Source: a virus
Lineage: Duplodnaviria > Caudoviricetes
DNA length: 61,421 nt
Reading direction: 5' to 3' (one strand)
Virus record (IMG/VR): IMGVR_UViG_3300017752_003321
Location: 1-61,421 of that record
The notes under the pieces are model-generated. The model did no database searches. It saw only the letters and a list, made by a program, of their open reading frames with translations, and had not been told where the DNA came from. A program made the translations under genes and the position numbers. Below are positions 11,301 to 21,008 of this stretch, one piece after another (within the stretch, counting starts at the first letter, position 1; every line of letters begins with the position of its first letter).

Positions 11301-14300
11301 TCTTCAAACATATGATGATTTAATTACACAAAATACAATTCCTACGAATAGTTATATTTGGACAGCTTTAGATAAAACACAGCAAACTTGGAATGTTTAT
11401 AAATTAGAACCAACAGATTTTAGAATTACTAAAGTTACAGAAAGTCAATCTAACAAATTTACTATTACTGTTGATAAATCTGTATTTTTTGCAAAAGGTG
11501 ATATTATCGGAATTAATGATATTTCAGATGCTACCGACGGGTATTATAAAGTAGATAGCGTATCTCTTAATATAATAACTTTAGAAAGTACAGAAGGCGA
11601 AGACATTGAAGCTACAGATGACACTACAGAAGTTAATGGTTATATTACACAATTCAAGCAGGCTAGACTTCCAACACTTGCTTTAGCAAATGACAGTCTT
11701 AATGTATCTAATCAAAATAGCACACTATGGGTAGATGATGACGATACAGGTCGCTGGATTGTTTTAAAGAATAGAGAAATATTTGAATTAAAACCTAACA
11801 TTGTAAACACAGCCGCAGGAGTTTTAGATTCCACTGAAAAGGATTTTGGTACAGCCTTTAGTGTTACTAGTAATAACAACCGCATAGCAATTACAGCACC
11901 AAAAGATCTAAATGGTAGTGTTTACATATATCAAAGACCAAGTGATAATACAGATTTTGGATTTTTACAGCAAATAGATGAACAATCATTCTTATTTGAT
12001 TCAAACGGTGGCTTTGGACAAAGTGTTGCAGTAAGCCCAGATGGCAAATATCTTGCAATTGGTTCACCACATGCTTCTAATGTTAAAAGTAGACTAAAAG
12101 GAGATTATAATAAGAATGAACCATATACGCAAGGTGATATTGTTTTATACTCTAGTCAGTTATGGAAGGCCGCAAGAGATGTAGAAGCAGATGCATTACA
12201 AACTTACAACAATCATGCATCAAATCAACAAGCCAAAGAAAATGATTATGATTCTGCTTCACAACAATATCCAGAAATTGAATATATTGTAAGAGGCGAT
12301 TATACATTAGGTGCTAATTCAGATACAGATCATATTTTAATTAGAGCAGAAAAAGAACAGTTTGAAGGAACTAAGCCAGGCGACATTCTAACTTTAAAAT
12401 GGAACAAATATACAACTACTGCACAAGCAGGTATAGAGCCTTTTAATAATGATAGTGTAATTACTGAATCTTTGTTAAACGGAAATCATACTATAGTTGA
12501 TAAAGTACAACACATAATTCATATTCAAAGTGCATTAAGTGTGCCAAATGCTGGTACAGATATTACCACAGATACTTGTAGGGCAACAATACAATATAGA
12601 AGAACAAACAACGAAAATGAAATGACAGCTTACATTAAAGATGTAAATGGTGCATTTCAAGGCACAGGAAAAATTTACGCAGACGGTATTTTAATTGGAG
12701 ATTATGTAGAAGTATTACAAATCACAGACGACTATCATACAGGTTGGTGGTATGTCAATGTAGGTAGCACATTCACAAGTAACAATCTTACAGAAACAAA
12801 TGCAAATCTTGTGATACAAGATATTACATTAGAAAATAATACTGTTAATAATCCTTTCTTTAGTAACATACTAGATACTAAACAATTACAAAATTTAGCT
12901 AATCCAACAAGAGCATCTGAGTTTGGAATACTATCACATACACAGGGACAAAGCAATATACAAGTGCTTGATAGTAAGTGGTGGCTAAGAACTCCGCTAA
13001 CACACGGTAATAGTATTTCTATAGGCGATAAAACTAGAGTATGGCTTAACACAATCCGTGTTAATGGACTAGTGCAAGATCCTTCTGCTATAGGATTGTC
13101 ATCAACATATATTAACAGTACTGAACATACAGTTGCAGATATATGGAACGGTTATATTGAGGTAAGATTAACAAACTTTGATTTAAATGGTGATCCTTTT
13201 ATACCAAATATTGGAGACACACTAACAGATACAGCAACAGGATCTACAGCGACTATTGCGTATATTGAAAGAGCATTTGCTACTGCTAAAATTTATTTAA
13301 AAAACAAAAGCGGCGCCTGGGCTGTAGGATCAGATTTTGGTGTAAATTCAAATGCAACCTTTGTACAGAATGTTCCAGGTCTTGGACCTGCTACAAGAAC
13401 TATGGGGCCTATTAATTCTGCACACATGGAAAATACTATTTCAGGACCTATCATTGTTATTGATACAGGTACTAATATTCCTATAGTGCAAAGCGGAATA
13501 AACTATTTACGAGATTTAGAATATTGGGTGTATACATCTTATTCAATAGACGGTATTACTGACAGTGCTAATCCTCCATCATCTATTAATTTAGACTGGA
13601 CAAGAGTTTATAACATTCCTGTTGTTGCTGAAGGGTATAGCACAGGATTATCTGAACAAGGTACTTTTGCAATATACGAAATTAAAGGTGTAACATACAG
13701 CCTTATAGATTATTTTACTGTTCCAAATAGTGCAGATAACAGACAGTTAGGTACTAAACTAAGATTTGTACAGCCAGATTCAGATAGTTACAAACTTTAT
13801 ATTCATGCTCAAGGAGATGGATCAGAAGAAAATCAAGGCAGAATATATTTTGTTAATAAAAATTCTACAGATGACTGGGCTTTATCTGTGCAGAAAAATT
13901 ATAGAGGTCACTTTAGTGTTTCTGCAACTTATTTTGAAAATGAATATGCTAGATTTGGAGATACAGTATACAAAGCAAATACAAACTTAATTCCAGGAAC
14001 ATTCGATGTAAGTCAATGGACTGCACAAACAAGTGGATTAGACTTATTAGGTTATGTTCCTAATGATACAAACTTTTCTCTAGTTGAAAGCACATTAGAA
14101 CAAAACAACTTAGAAACATTTGGTTCTGACTTTGATGTTAGTAATGATGGCGAAGTGTTAATTGCTAATTCCGTATATACAAGTGTATATGAAATCCAAC
14201 AAGATGGAGTAACTTTAGGTATAGATAGTAGTATAGCAAACAGAAAAGTTGTTGTATATAGATTAAACGGTACTAATTATGAATATTCACAAATATTAGA

Positions 14301-17300
14301 ACCCTTTAACCTAACAGAAGATTTTGGTTCAACAATAGCAGTATCAGCAGATGGTAGAAAAATAGCCGTTGGAGCACCTTTCAATAGTGACGTAGTAGAT
14401 GATGGCGGAGCAGTGTATCTTTACATACAAAGTGGTGATACTTTTGTATACTCTCAGACATTACGTCCTATAGATACAAAGCCTAATGTACAATTTGGTA
14501 CAAAACTTGACTTCGATGGAGATACTTTAGCTGTAGCATCTAGAGGCGGAACTATGGTAAGTTCTACATCTTTTGATACTTACAAAGAACTTAAAGAAAA
14601 TGAGCTATATGTTTTAGATCCGTTATCTGGACTTAATCCAACAGCAACGTCATTTGATAATAATTCTTCTAAGTTTCAAACAGTTGATACAGGTAGCGGA
14701 GTTGTTACAATATATGAAACAATTAACAACACATTACTTTATAGTCAGAACTTTACATACAATCTAGACACACAAGATTTTGGTAACAGATTACTTGTAA
14801 GTAAAAACCATGTCTATATTGGATTACCTAAGCAACAAGTTCCTGAAAGTAGTATACTAGATAAAGGATTAGTTGCAGAATATCGTAAGCCAGCAGACAT
14901 GAAATCTTGGACAATTACAAGAACACCTATTTTACCTGCAGATACAAGCAAATTTAAAGGTTTATACTTATACAATAAAGATACTAATAGTCTGCTAACA
15001 TACTTAGATTATATTGATCCAATACAAGGAAAAATTGCAGGCCCTGCTGAACAAGAACTAAGTTTCAAAACAAGTTATGATCCTGCAAGGTATACAGTTT
15101 CTACTGATACAACAATTACAGCTGATACTTTAAATTATATCAGCGATGAATGGATTGGTAAGTTATGGTGGGATATAGATAGTGCAAAATTTATTAATCA
15201 TCATCAAGGAACAATTAGTGAAGCAACAGCAAATTTTAACACGTTGTTTCCAGGAAACAGTGTTGAAGTTTATGAATGGGTAGAATCTACTCTTTTACCA
15301 AGTGAATGGGATAATTTAGTTGGCACAGAAGCAGGAATTGCAAGAGGTGTAAGTGGCACAAGTAAATATGGCGATAGTGTTTATAGTGTAAGAAGAAGAT
15401 ATAATAAAAACTCTGAAACATTTACAAATTATTATTACTATTGGGTGTTTAATAAATCTACATTGCCAAATGTGCCGGATAGAATTACTACTTGTTCTGA
15501 TGTTATAAATTACATTACTGTACCTGCTGATATGGGATATAGATTTGTTGCAATGTTAGGCGCAGATAGATATGCAATATATAACTGTGCTTCATTTATT
15601 GAAGATAAAGATACTGCGATTAGTTTTAATTGGTGGACTATTGATAATCAAGAACAGCCTACGCATTTAGAATACCAATTGATCAGTGACGGTCTTGAAA
15701 CAAGTATACCTAATTCAGAAATAGAACAAAAATGGTTCGATAGTCTAGTAGGATTTGACCGAAACGATAGACCTGTACCAGACATAGGCTTGCCTATAAA
15801 ACTTCGTTACGGCGCATTGAACGAACCAAGACAGAGTTGGTTTATAAATAGAACAGAAGCACGTAAACAATTTATTGAAAGAACAAATAATACCTTAAGC
15901 AAAGTTTTAATTGTTGACGAATTTGATCTTTCTAAATTAACAGGTTTTGACCCACAACCAACACTAGCTACAGGAATTTATGATACTACCGCAGACACTT
16001 TTGGTGAGATAGGATTTGTAAGTATTGCTAGAGTGAAACCAGCAAGTCTAACTTTAGAAGTTGAAAACGGTGTAATTATAAATGTTATAATAAATGATCC
16101 TGGACAAGGATATATTAATGAACCAACTTATGTTATAAGTGATAAAGAAGGATCAGGTTGTGAATTAAAACTTAATATAGATGATAATGGAAAAGTTTCT
16201 AGCGTTGATATTATAAATGGTGGTAGAGATTATACAAATAATGTTTCTATTACAGTAAGAAAGTTTGCAGTTCTTGTTAAGAATGATGAAACAATTAATA
16301 ACAAATGGGCAGTATATCAATGGGACGGTGTAGAGTACCTAAGAACTTTTACACAAAGTTACGATATAAACTTATATTGGGAATACAAAGATTGGTATGC
16401 AACATCATATAATCAGTTTACATTTATAAATCATACATTAGACGCAAGCTATCAAATATATGCCCTAAATGATCAAATAGGCGACATTGTTAAAATAAAC
16501 AATGTAGGTACTGGCGGATGGTTGTTACTTAAAAAGATAGCTGAATTAGAAACACAAGACTATACACTAGCTTATGAAACAATTGGTAGAGAAAACGGAA
16601 CTATTGGATTTAAAAATAGTCTTTATGATGTAAATGCAAGTAACACAGCATTTGATGGCGCAAGTTTTGATAAAATATTTTACGATACTGAGCCAAATAC
16701 AGAATTTAGAAAAATATTAGAAATTTTGAAGGCTGATATATTTGTTGATAATCTTGCTGTTCACTGGAATGAATTATTCTTTGCAAGCGTACGATATGTA
16801 TTTACAGAGCAACCTAATGTTGACTGGGCATTCAAAACAAGTTTTGTAAAAGCAAAACATAACATTGGAGAACTAGAACAAAAAGTAACATTCCAAAATG
16901 ATAGTTTACCTAGTTACCAAGATTATGTAGAAGAAATGAAGCCATATAAAACTAAGATAAGAGAGTATCTAAGTTCTTACGAAAAAATAGATCCTGCAAA
17001 TAATGTAATTACAGATTTTGATCTTGCACCATACTATAACGAAGATGAAGGTAAGATTGTTCCGCAAAGTGTTAAAGTCATAGACGGCGAAATTATTGAA
17101 GGAACATCAGATTTACAAAATTATCCAAGCAAACATTGGTTAGATAACTTAGGATATCAAATTAAATCTTTGAGTATTGCAGATGCAGGTTCCGGATACT
17201 TAGTTGCGCCTAAAATTATAATTTCCGGCGGCGGCGGAACTGGAGCGAAAGCTGAAGCATTTATTGGTAACGGAAGAGTTACTAGTGTAAAAGTTACAAA

Positions 17301-20300
17301 CGCAGGTAGCGGATACCTAACAGCTCCTACAATACAAATTGTAGGTACTACAAGTGATGACGGAAGTGTTGCTAGATTAAGTGCTATACTAGGAGAAGGA
17401 AAATCTAAAACTGCACATATAAGATGCAAGTTTGACAGAGTTACAGGAACTTATCTATTCCAAACACTAAATGAAACGCAAACTTTTACATCAACATTAG
17501 ATCAACAAATATTTGATTTAAAATGGCCAATGCAGTTAAAGTCAACACAGATTACTGTTACAGTTGACGGCTTAGAGTCATTGCGTAGTGAGTATACATT
17601 TAGTAATGTTACTACCGACACTAAAGGTTTCACAAGAAGTAATGGACGTATTACATTTACTAATTCTTTAGCACAAAATAAAACTGTTACAATAACATAC
17701 AACAAAGCACCAGAGTTACTACAAGCACAAGATAGGATTAATCTTTATTATAATCCTACATCAGGTATGTACGGAAATGACCTTTCACAACTATTAGATG
17801 GTATAGACTATGGCGGAGTAGAAGTAAGTAGTTTCAGCTTTGGTTCAGGAAGTGGTTGGGACTCAGACGAATGGTTTACAACTACCTATGATACTTTTGA
17901 TACAACATTTGAAGACGAAATATTCCAAATTGGCGACGATAGCACAAGGGTTTTAAATTTTGCTAGTCCTTTAGTTTCAGGAATGATTTACAATGTTTAT
18001 AAAAATGGTGTGAGAATAGATGATCCTAATTTTGGCACAGCAAATCCTGTTACTAATATAAATGCAGTTATGCAAAGTATTACAGGTGCAGGACAAACAG
18101 GAGTTGCTTTATATGATGACGATAGCATATTAGCAGATACAGTTTTATTAGATGAAGAAATTATTCCTACTACTTTAAATGATGTTTTAGTATTTAGAAA
18201 ATCAACTTCAGACGGATCTTTCTTACCAGATCCAAGGTCTTATGATACTGTATTAACAGGCGGCGACTTTGCATTTACACAAGCAAGAGGTATCAATCCA
18301 GAAGAAATAATAATTGACGGAGATGACTTTGTATCACCTACGACTAGTAAAGGACCAGAGGAGCAAGTTCCTGGACAAGTACTAGATTCGGTTAATATTA
18401 GAGTATTCAGTAGACCTAAAGATGGCGGAAGCACACTCTCAAGTAATTCTTATAGAACAGACGGTGTTACAGGCAATTATAATTTTGGAATACAACCACA
18501 AAATAAAGAAGGTTTATTTGTAAAACTTAATGAAGTGCTTCAATCACAATCATCGTATACTGTAAACTATAAAACAAAAACAGTATCTTTCAAAACTATT
18601 CCTAGTGCAAATCAAGATGTTAATATTGTTTCTATTAGTGGCAACGGAAAAAATGCTATAGAACAAAGTGAATTTAGAGGCGACGGAAGTACTAATGCTT
18701 TTGTAACTAAAATACATTATAGTACTGACTTAGATTACTATGCAACAGTAAATGGTGTAGCTGTTGAGTCAGTGCTTACATCTAGTGGTGATAGCACAGA
18801 TCAAGATCCAAAGGCAATGATAGTATTTGGTAGTGCACCACCTGATAATAGTGTCATTAGCTATGCAATATATACTTCTATTGATAGTTTTAGTAAAATT
18901 GAAACTACTGAATTTATAGGCGACGGAAGTACAAAAATATTTACTTTAGATAAAACACCGTATAGCTCATTACCTAACAGTCATAATGTAATTGTAAAAC
19001 TAGATAATACAATATTGAATCCTGGATATAATCAATCATTTAATTGTACACTTGCACAGAGAGAATATTTCTTAGAAGTATGGCAAGCACCAATTGGAAG
19101 TTTCCAAGATAAAGACATACTAATATTACTTAATGGCAAAGAACTTACTATTGCAGTTGAATATAATCTGCGTCCTGCAAACAGTAGTATTATTTTAGAG
19201 CCAGGAATTGGTCGCGAAGGTGATATATTAGAAGTGTATATTAGAACAGACGGAGATTATGCGTTTGGCGATGTGCAACTTATTAATTCTAATTTAACAT
19301 GGGTCGACAGTGGAGCAAATTTACTGCTTAACACAGCACCTGCAGATGGACAAAAATTAACAGTATATACATTTAATAAACATGATAGTATGGATTTTGA
19401 AAGACAAAACTTTGATGTTATTGCTAGAAGCACAATTACAGTAGGTACTGATGACCACATACAATTTAATCATATTAAAGCAGGCCTAATTAAATTAAGA
19501 TATCCAGCAATTGATGCACAATATGTTTGGTTAACAATAAACGGAGTGCTACAAACACCAAGTGTTGACTATAAACTTACTGATGATAGAAACTTTGTAA
19601 AATATAACGGGTCATTTGCAGATGATGATGTTATAGAAGTATTACAATTTAGTTCACAAGGTGAAATCCAATCTAATTTTGGATTCAGCCAATTTAAAGA
19701 TATTTTAAATAGAAATATTTACAAAAGACTTGGAGATACTGCTCCGCTTAAACTTGCTAAAGATCTATTAACATTAGACAAGGAAATCTTATTAGATGAT
19801 GCAAGCAGTATTAGCACACCTGATAAAAATAGCAGTATGCCTGGTATTTTGTTCATTAATGGTGAAAGAATTGAATACTTGATCAAACAAGGTAATGTTT
19901 TACGTCAAATTCAAAGGGGAACACTAGGAACAGGTGCTCCAGCTGTACATGAAGCAGGTAGTGATGTATATAACCAAGGACCAACACAAACAGCACCTTA
20001 TGCAGATCAAACTATTATAGATGAGCAAACAGGTGATGGTTCTACAGCAGTATTTCCGTTAGGATTTACACCAAAAAGTGTAAATGAGTTTGAAATATTC
20101 GTTGCAGGTAAAAGATTGCGTAAAAATGCAATACAAATGTTTAATCCTGCGTTAGATCAAGATTCTCCTGAAGCTGATGAAACTGCACCAGCAGAGTTTT
20201 CAGTAGATGGCACCACAGCAAGTGTAACTCTGTTAAATACACCAGCAGTGAATGCTAAGATAAAAATTGTCAGAAGACAAGGAAAACGCTGGTCAGATCC

Positions 20301-20376
20301 AGGAATTTCACTTAATGATGCGAAAAGTTTGGTAGCACGTTTCTTTAAGGCAGAAAAGGTGGAGCTACCCAAATAA
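5302..20376 (+). CDS. giant (5024 aa) multidomain virion/baseplate structural protein
   Basis: Uninterrupted ORF coupled to gp6 by TAATG. Contains FG-GAP-like blades (FGQSVAVSPDGKYLAIGSP, FGSTIAVSADGRKIAVGAP), CBM5/12-like W/Y modules, GSGY..P.I repeats and GDGST beta-sandwich repeats. Confidence 0.8.
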   Translation: MAQDESPIPTNGNSKRKTSDLLPRYFRSTANKKFLSSTLDQLMQPGVVEKVDGFIGRRDAKAFKASDNYVSDITKTRENYQLEPVTTITDGLDNIKFYRDYRDYVNSSKIRNADNADHSKYSSQEYYAWDPHINWDKFVNFREYYWLPAGPDEIPVYGTARNITSTFAVKMQDNVDNNSYIFSEENKVSNPTLTLYRGQTYNFDIDTVDMPFSIRTNTSIEDDTNLYNEGVSQQKVEQGSITWEIDLEAPDLLYYTNDNDIETTGLIVIKDIRDNTQLDVGSDIIGKKTYTMQNGYSLTNGMKIKFYGEITPAKYGEGNWYVEGVGDSIKLISEEDLVITADYLSDISTEFDAQGFASLPFGDATSYASLKDYIVINRASKDGNQWARYNKWTHKSVIENIAEINNMSAVLDQTYRATRPIIEFDAGLKLYNFGTQSKTSVDLVDTVTTDVFSNIEGQVGYFVDGVELVTGMRVLFTADPDSFVAGKIYEVNFINQNGNLQLALKETTDTIPLIDETVLVKAGSNFKGKIFYYNGTTWKQTQDKTKVNQQPLFDMYNDAGAQINTLESSTFAGNKIFSYKVGTGANDTELGFPLSYRTIENSGDIVFDFNLLADTYQYDEIADVFTVSTDTALLRKYTDRTTFTNVSGWTKAPTKSVQPVVKQTTVTARTNNFIVDVYTNSGDLNDLDIKVYVNSNRKRDGIDYTINRVNGYAYVTFDKELTADDKLVLKTTSSSPKREGVGYYEFPINFEKNPQNENVTTFTLGEVLDHVDSIVDNVNGFEGIFPGTSNLRDLGNASKFGLKFVQHSGPVNLALYNLTDKDYDSIEAIKYSGIEYLKFKREFLRIANELGFEGTEKIHVDKVLTELNANKTNSDPFYFSDMLAHGGDTKVSHIIEDQSQTIFSLTSGIDFTKLSEKAVLAYLNEKQLLLYEDYTISTDGFLTLLNAPNAGDILDVYEYKTTDGCWIPPTPTKLGLYPRFTPEIFLDDTYIKTPTDVTGPWKIYGRDTTTTKSYKGKLGWFYPLFTDEVSASQEDIRNGGTGATHTHLFTGTNTLFYMPNSAMSHATNDTQLLEEYPKAKPMLQGHDGSLWKCFGDFRDNLLLDIEKRIYNNIKQTYDENILDIVDYVDSKNRNTGFSRTQVSKTMISEFNVWLQTVGTPDYVSNTIYRSGDGFTYYYGMASDPYDKPLAGFWRAIYKDFYNTDRPHSHPWEILGFKEKPDWFDTEYGTAPYTSNNLLLWQDMANAVVRGTAGSKVTYRNKFKNTDIFNYIPVDESGNLIPPSGTGYSRGNITTTYGNQFKFGDEGPVETAWRRSSHYPFSLMISWALNQPAQFFGLAFDRSRIARNGAGELIYRDTSKRIELSKLKFPNSATDSERVFTSGIINYIQGYLAGNDTLRFTEYKSNIKNIENKLASKIGGFTQKSKFRLILDARTPTNEGNVFVPEENYKIQLTKSIPTDVLSYSGMIIEISPSGYIVKGYDKDNPVFKYYPVRRKNSDRVINVGGVSENFLTWTEGKSYEPGQIVEVSDNYYRVKISHTAGDSFNQDNYQKLPELPEEGGATAYLSTNFETVVQEMPYGTLFSEKQEVVDLMMGYQEYLIRSGFKFDTFNKEIEEVENWRLSAKEFLFWTTQSWDNGTILTVSPSARNIEFSKPFNVVDDIYDNFYDYSLLKADGKRLLADFATTERDNTNDFGIFVKNTNDGIYHLKIPLVQHEHAVIIDNKTVFGDVIYNRAQGYRQERIKVKGYRSDDWNGSYNIPGFIFDDAVVTEWLPYQDYKIGSLIKYKQYFYVATTNVTGTQLFNDTGWVLLDEKPEQKLLPNFDYKAKQFSDFYDLDSDNFDIEQQKLAQHATGYQKRKYLENIINDDVSQYKFFQGAIQDKGTKNVLIKLFDKLGSANKDSLEFFEEWAVRAGRYGASTGDEQFDFVLDESKYRQEPQQIELVDRINPQDTSLIYRLDRNSIYVKPKDYDHKPLPTKYFNEENSYTKTAGYVNPSDVGISLQTYDDLITQNTIPTNSYIWTALDKTQQTWNVYKLEPTDFRITKVTESQSNKFTITVDKSVFFAKGDIIGINDISDATDGYYKVDSVSLNIITLESTEGEDIEATDDTTEVNGYITQFKQARLPTLALANDSLNVSNQNSTLWVDDDDTGRWIVLKNREIFELKPNIVNTAAGVLDSTEKDFGTAFSVTSNNNRIAITAPKDLNGSVYIYQRPSDNTDFGFLQQIDEQSFLFDSNGGFGQSVAVSPDGKYLAIGSPHASNVKSRLKGDYNKNEPYTQGDIVLYSSQLWKAARDVEADALQTYNNHASNQQAKENDYDSASQQYPEIEYIVRGDYTLGANSDTDHILIRAEKEQFEGTKPGDILTLKWNKYTTTAQAGIEPFNNDSVITESLLNGNHTIVDKVQHIIHIQSALSVPNAGTDITTDTCRATIQYRRTNNENEMTAYIKDVNGAFQGTGKIYADGILIGDYVEVLQITDDYHTGWWYVNVGSTFTSNNLTETNANLVIQDITLENNTVNNPFFSNILDTKQLQNLANPTRASEFGILSHTQGQSNIQVLDSKWWLRTPLTHGNSISIGDKTRVWLNTIRVNGLVQDPSAIGLSSTYINSTEHTVADIWNGYIEVRLTNFDLNGDPFIPNIGDTLTDTATGSTATIAYIERAFATAKIYLKNKSGAWAVGSDFGVNSNATFVQNVPGLGPATRTMGPINSAHMENTISGPIIVIDTGTNIPIVQSGINYLRDLEYWVYTSYSIDGITDSANPPSSINLDWTRVYNIPVVAEGYSTGLSEQGTFAIYEIKGVTYSLIDYFTVPNSADNRQLGTKLRFVQPDSDSYKLYIHAQGDGSEENQGRIYFVNKNSTDDWALSVQKNYRGHFSVSATYFENEYARFGDTVYKANTNLIPGTFDVSQWTAQTSGLDLLGYVPNDTNFSLVESTLEQNNLETFGSDFDVSNDGEVLIANSVYTSVYEIQQDGVTLGIDSSIANRKVVVYRLNGTNYEYSQILEPFNLTEDFGSTIAVSADGRKIAVGAPFNSDVVDDGGAVYLYIQSGDTFVYSQTLRPIDTKPNVQFGTKLDFDGDTLAVASRGGTMVSSTSFDTYKELKENELYVLDPLSGLNPTATSFDNNSSKFQTVDTGSGVVTIYETINNTLLYSQNFTYNLDTQDFGNRLLVSKNHVYIGLPKQQVPESSILDKGLVAEYRKPADMKSWTITRTPILPADTSKFKGLYLYNKDTNSLLTYLDYIDPIQGKIAGPAEQELSFKTSYDPARYTVSTDTTITADTLNYISDEWIGKLWWDIDSAKFINHHQGTISEATANFNTLFPGNSVEVYEWVESTLLPSEWDNLVGTEAGIARGVSGTSKYGDSVYSVRRRYNKNSETFTNYYYYWVFNKSTLPNVPDRITTCSDVINYITVPADMGYRFVAMLGADRYAIYNCASFIEDKDTAISFNWWTIDNQEQPTHLEYQLISDGLETSIPNSEIEQKWFDSLVGFDRNDRPVPDIGLPIKLRYGALNEPRQSWFINRTEARKQFIERTNNTLSKVLIVDEFDLSKLTGFDPQPTLATGIYDTTADTFGEIGFVSIARVKPASLTLEVENGVIINVIINDPGQGYINEPTYVISDKEGSGCELKLNIDDNGKVSSVDIINGGRDYTNNVSITVRKFAVLVKNDETINNKWAVYQWDGVEYLRTFTQSYDINLYWEYKDWYATSYNQFTFINHTLDASYQIYALNDQIGDIVKINNVGTGGWLLLKKIAELETQDYTLAYETIGRENGTIGFKNSLYDVNASNTAFDGASFDKIFYDTEPNTEFRKILEILKADIFVDNLAVHWNELFFASVRYVFTEQPNVDWAFKTSFVKAKHNIGELEQKVTFQNDSLPSYQDYVEEMKPYKTKIREYLSSYEKIDPANNVITDFDLAPYYNEDEGKIVPQSVKVIDGEIIEGTSDLQNYPSKHWLDNLGYQIKSLSIADAGSGYLVAPKIIISGGGGTGAKAEAFIGNGRVTSVKVTNAGSGYLTAPTIQIVGTTSDDGSVARLSAILGEGKSKTAHIRCKFDRVTGTYLFQTLNETQTFTSTLDQQIFDLKWPMQLKSTQITVTVDGLESLRSEYTFSNVTTDTKGFTRSNGRITFTNSLAQNKTVTITYNKAPELLQAQDRINLYYNPTSGMYGNDLSQLLDGIDYGGVEVSSFSFGSGSGWDSDEWFTTTYDTFDTTFEDEIFQIGDDSTRVLNFASPLVSGMIYNVYKNGVRIDDPNFGTANPVTNINAVMQSITGAGQTGVALYDDDSILADTVLLDEEIIPTTLNDVLVFRKSTSDGSFLPDPRSYDTVLTGGDFAFTQARGINPEEIIIDGDDFVSPTTSKGPEEQVPGQVLDSVNIRVFSRPKDGGSTLSSNSYRTDGVTGNYNFGIQPQNKEGLFVKLNEVLQSQSSYTVNYKTKTVSFKTIPSANQDVNIVSISGNGKNAIEQSEFRGDGSTNAFVTKIHYSTDLDYYATVNGVAVESVLTSSGDSTDQDPKAMIVFGSAPPDNSVISYAIYTSIDSFSKIETTEFIGDGSTKIFTLDKTPYSSLPNSHNVIVKLDNTILNPGYNQSFNCTLAQREYFLEVWQAPIGSFQDKDILILLNGKELTIAVEYNLRPANSSIILEPGIGREGDILEVYIRTDGDYAFGDVQLINSNLTWVDSGANLLLNTAPADGQKLTVYTFNKHDSMDFERQNFDVIARSTITVGTDDHIQFNHIKAGLIKLRYPAIDAQYVWLTINGVLQTPSVDYKLTDDRNFVKYNGSFADDDVIEVLQFSSQGEIQSNFGFSQFKDILNRNIYKRLGDTAPLKLAKDLLTLDKEILLDDASSISTPDKNSSMPGILFINGERIEYLIKQGNVLRQIQRGTLGTGAPAVHEAGSDVYNQGPTQTAPYADQTIIDEQTGDGSTAVFPLGFTPKSVNEFEIFVAGKRLRKNAIQMFNPALDQDSPEADETAPAEFSVDGTTASVTLLNTPAVNAKIKIVRRQGKRWSDPGISLNDAKSLVARFFKAEKVELPK

Positions 20377-20384
20377 ATACAGTA
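20372..20384 (+). promoter_or_regulatory. late-type promoter AATAAATACAGTA
   Basis: Identical to 1699-1711. Overlaps the stop of the giant gene. Confidence 0.6.
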
Positions 20385-20396
20385 TAGGACAAAGGT

Positions 20397-21008
20397 ATGA
20401 TTAACAACATAAAAGAAGAAAACGGAGTAATGCTCCAAGGACATATTAAGATTACTGACGCTAATACAGGCGAAGTAATAGTCGATAAACGCAATGCTAT
20501 TCACTACGAGAATATGAGTATTTCACTTGCAGAAAGTTTAGCTAACGCAGGACAAGGAACTGTTTATCAAATGACATTTGGTAACGGAGGAACTAGTATT
20601 GACCCAACTGGAATTATTACATACCTTACACCTAACAGTACAGGAACAAACGCTAGCCTTTATAACCAAACATTTATTAAAGTTGTAGATGACAGAAGTG
20701 TTAATAACACAGACCCTGCAAGAAATAAGATCGAATCAAGGCATGTAAGTGGTACAAATTATACAGATATTGTTGTAAGTTGTTTACTTGATTACGGTGA
20801 ACCATCAGGACAAGATGCTGTTGATAATGCAACCGACGCTAATAGTTTATATGTATTTGATGAATTAGGCTTAGTAAGTTATAGTCCATCAGGACAAGGT
20901 AGACTGTTGACACATGTAATTTTCCACCCAGTACAAAAAAGTTTGAATAGGTTAATTCAAATTGACTATACTGTGCGTGTACAAAGTTTATCAGGATTTA
21001 GTGAATAA
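20397..21008 (+). CDS. virion structural protein (baseplate/fibre-attachment-like)
   Basis: 203 aa with GHIKI.D..TGE...DKRN, FGNGG, FDELGL, LLTHVIF.PVQKS..R.IQIDYT motifs. Sits between baseplate and fibre genes. Confidence 0.65.
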   Translation: MINNIKEENGVMLQGHIKITDANTGEVIVDKRNAIHYENMSISLAESLANAGQGTVYQMTFGNGGTSIDPTGIITYLTPNSTGTNASLYNQTFIKVVDDRSVNNTDPARNKIESRHVSGTNYTDIVVSCLLDYGEPSGQDAVDNATDANSLYVFDELGLVSYSPSGQGRLLTHVIFHPVQKSLNRLIQIDYTVRVQSLSGFSE

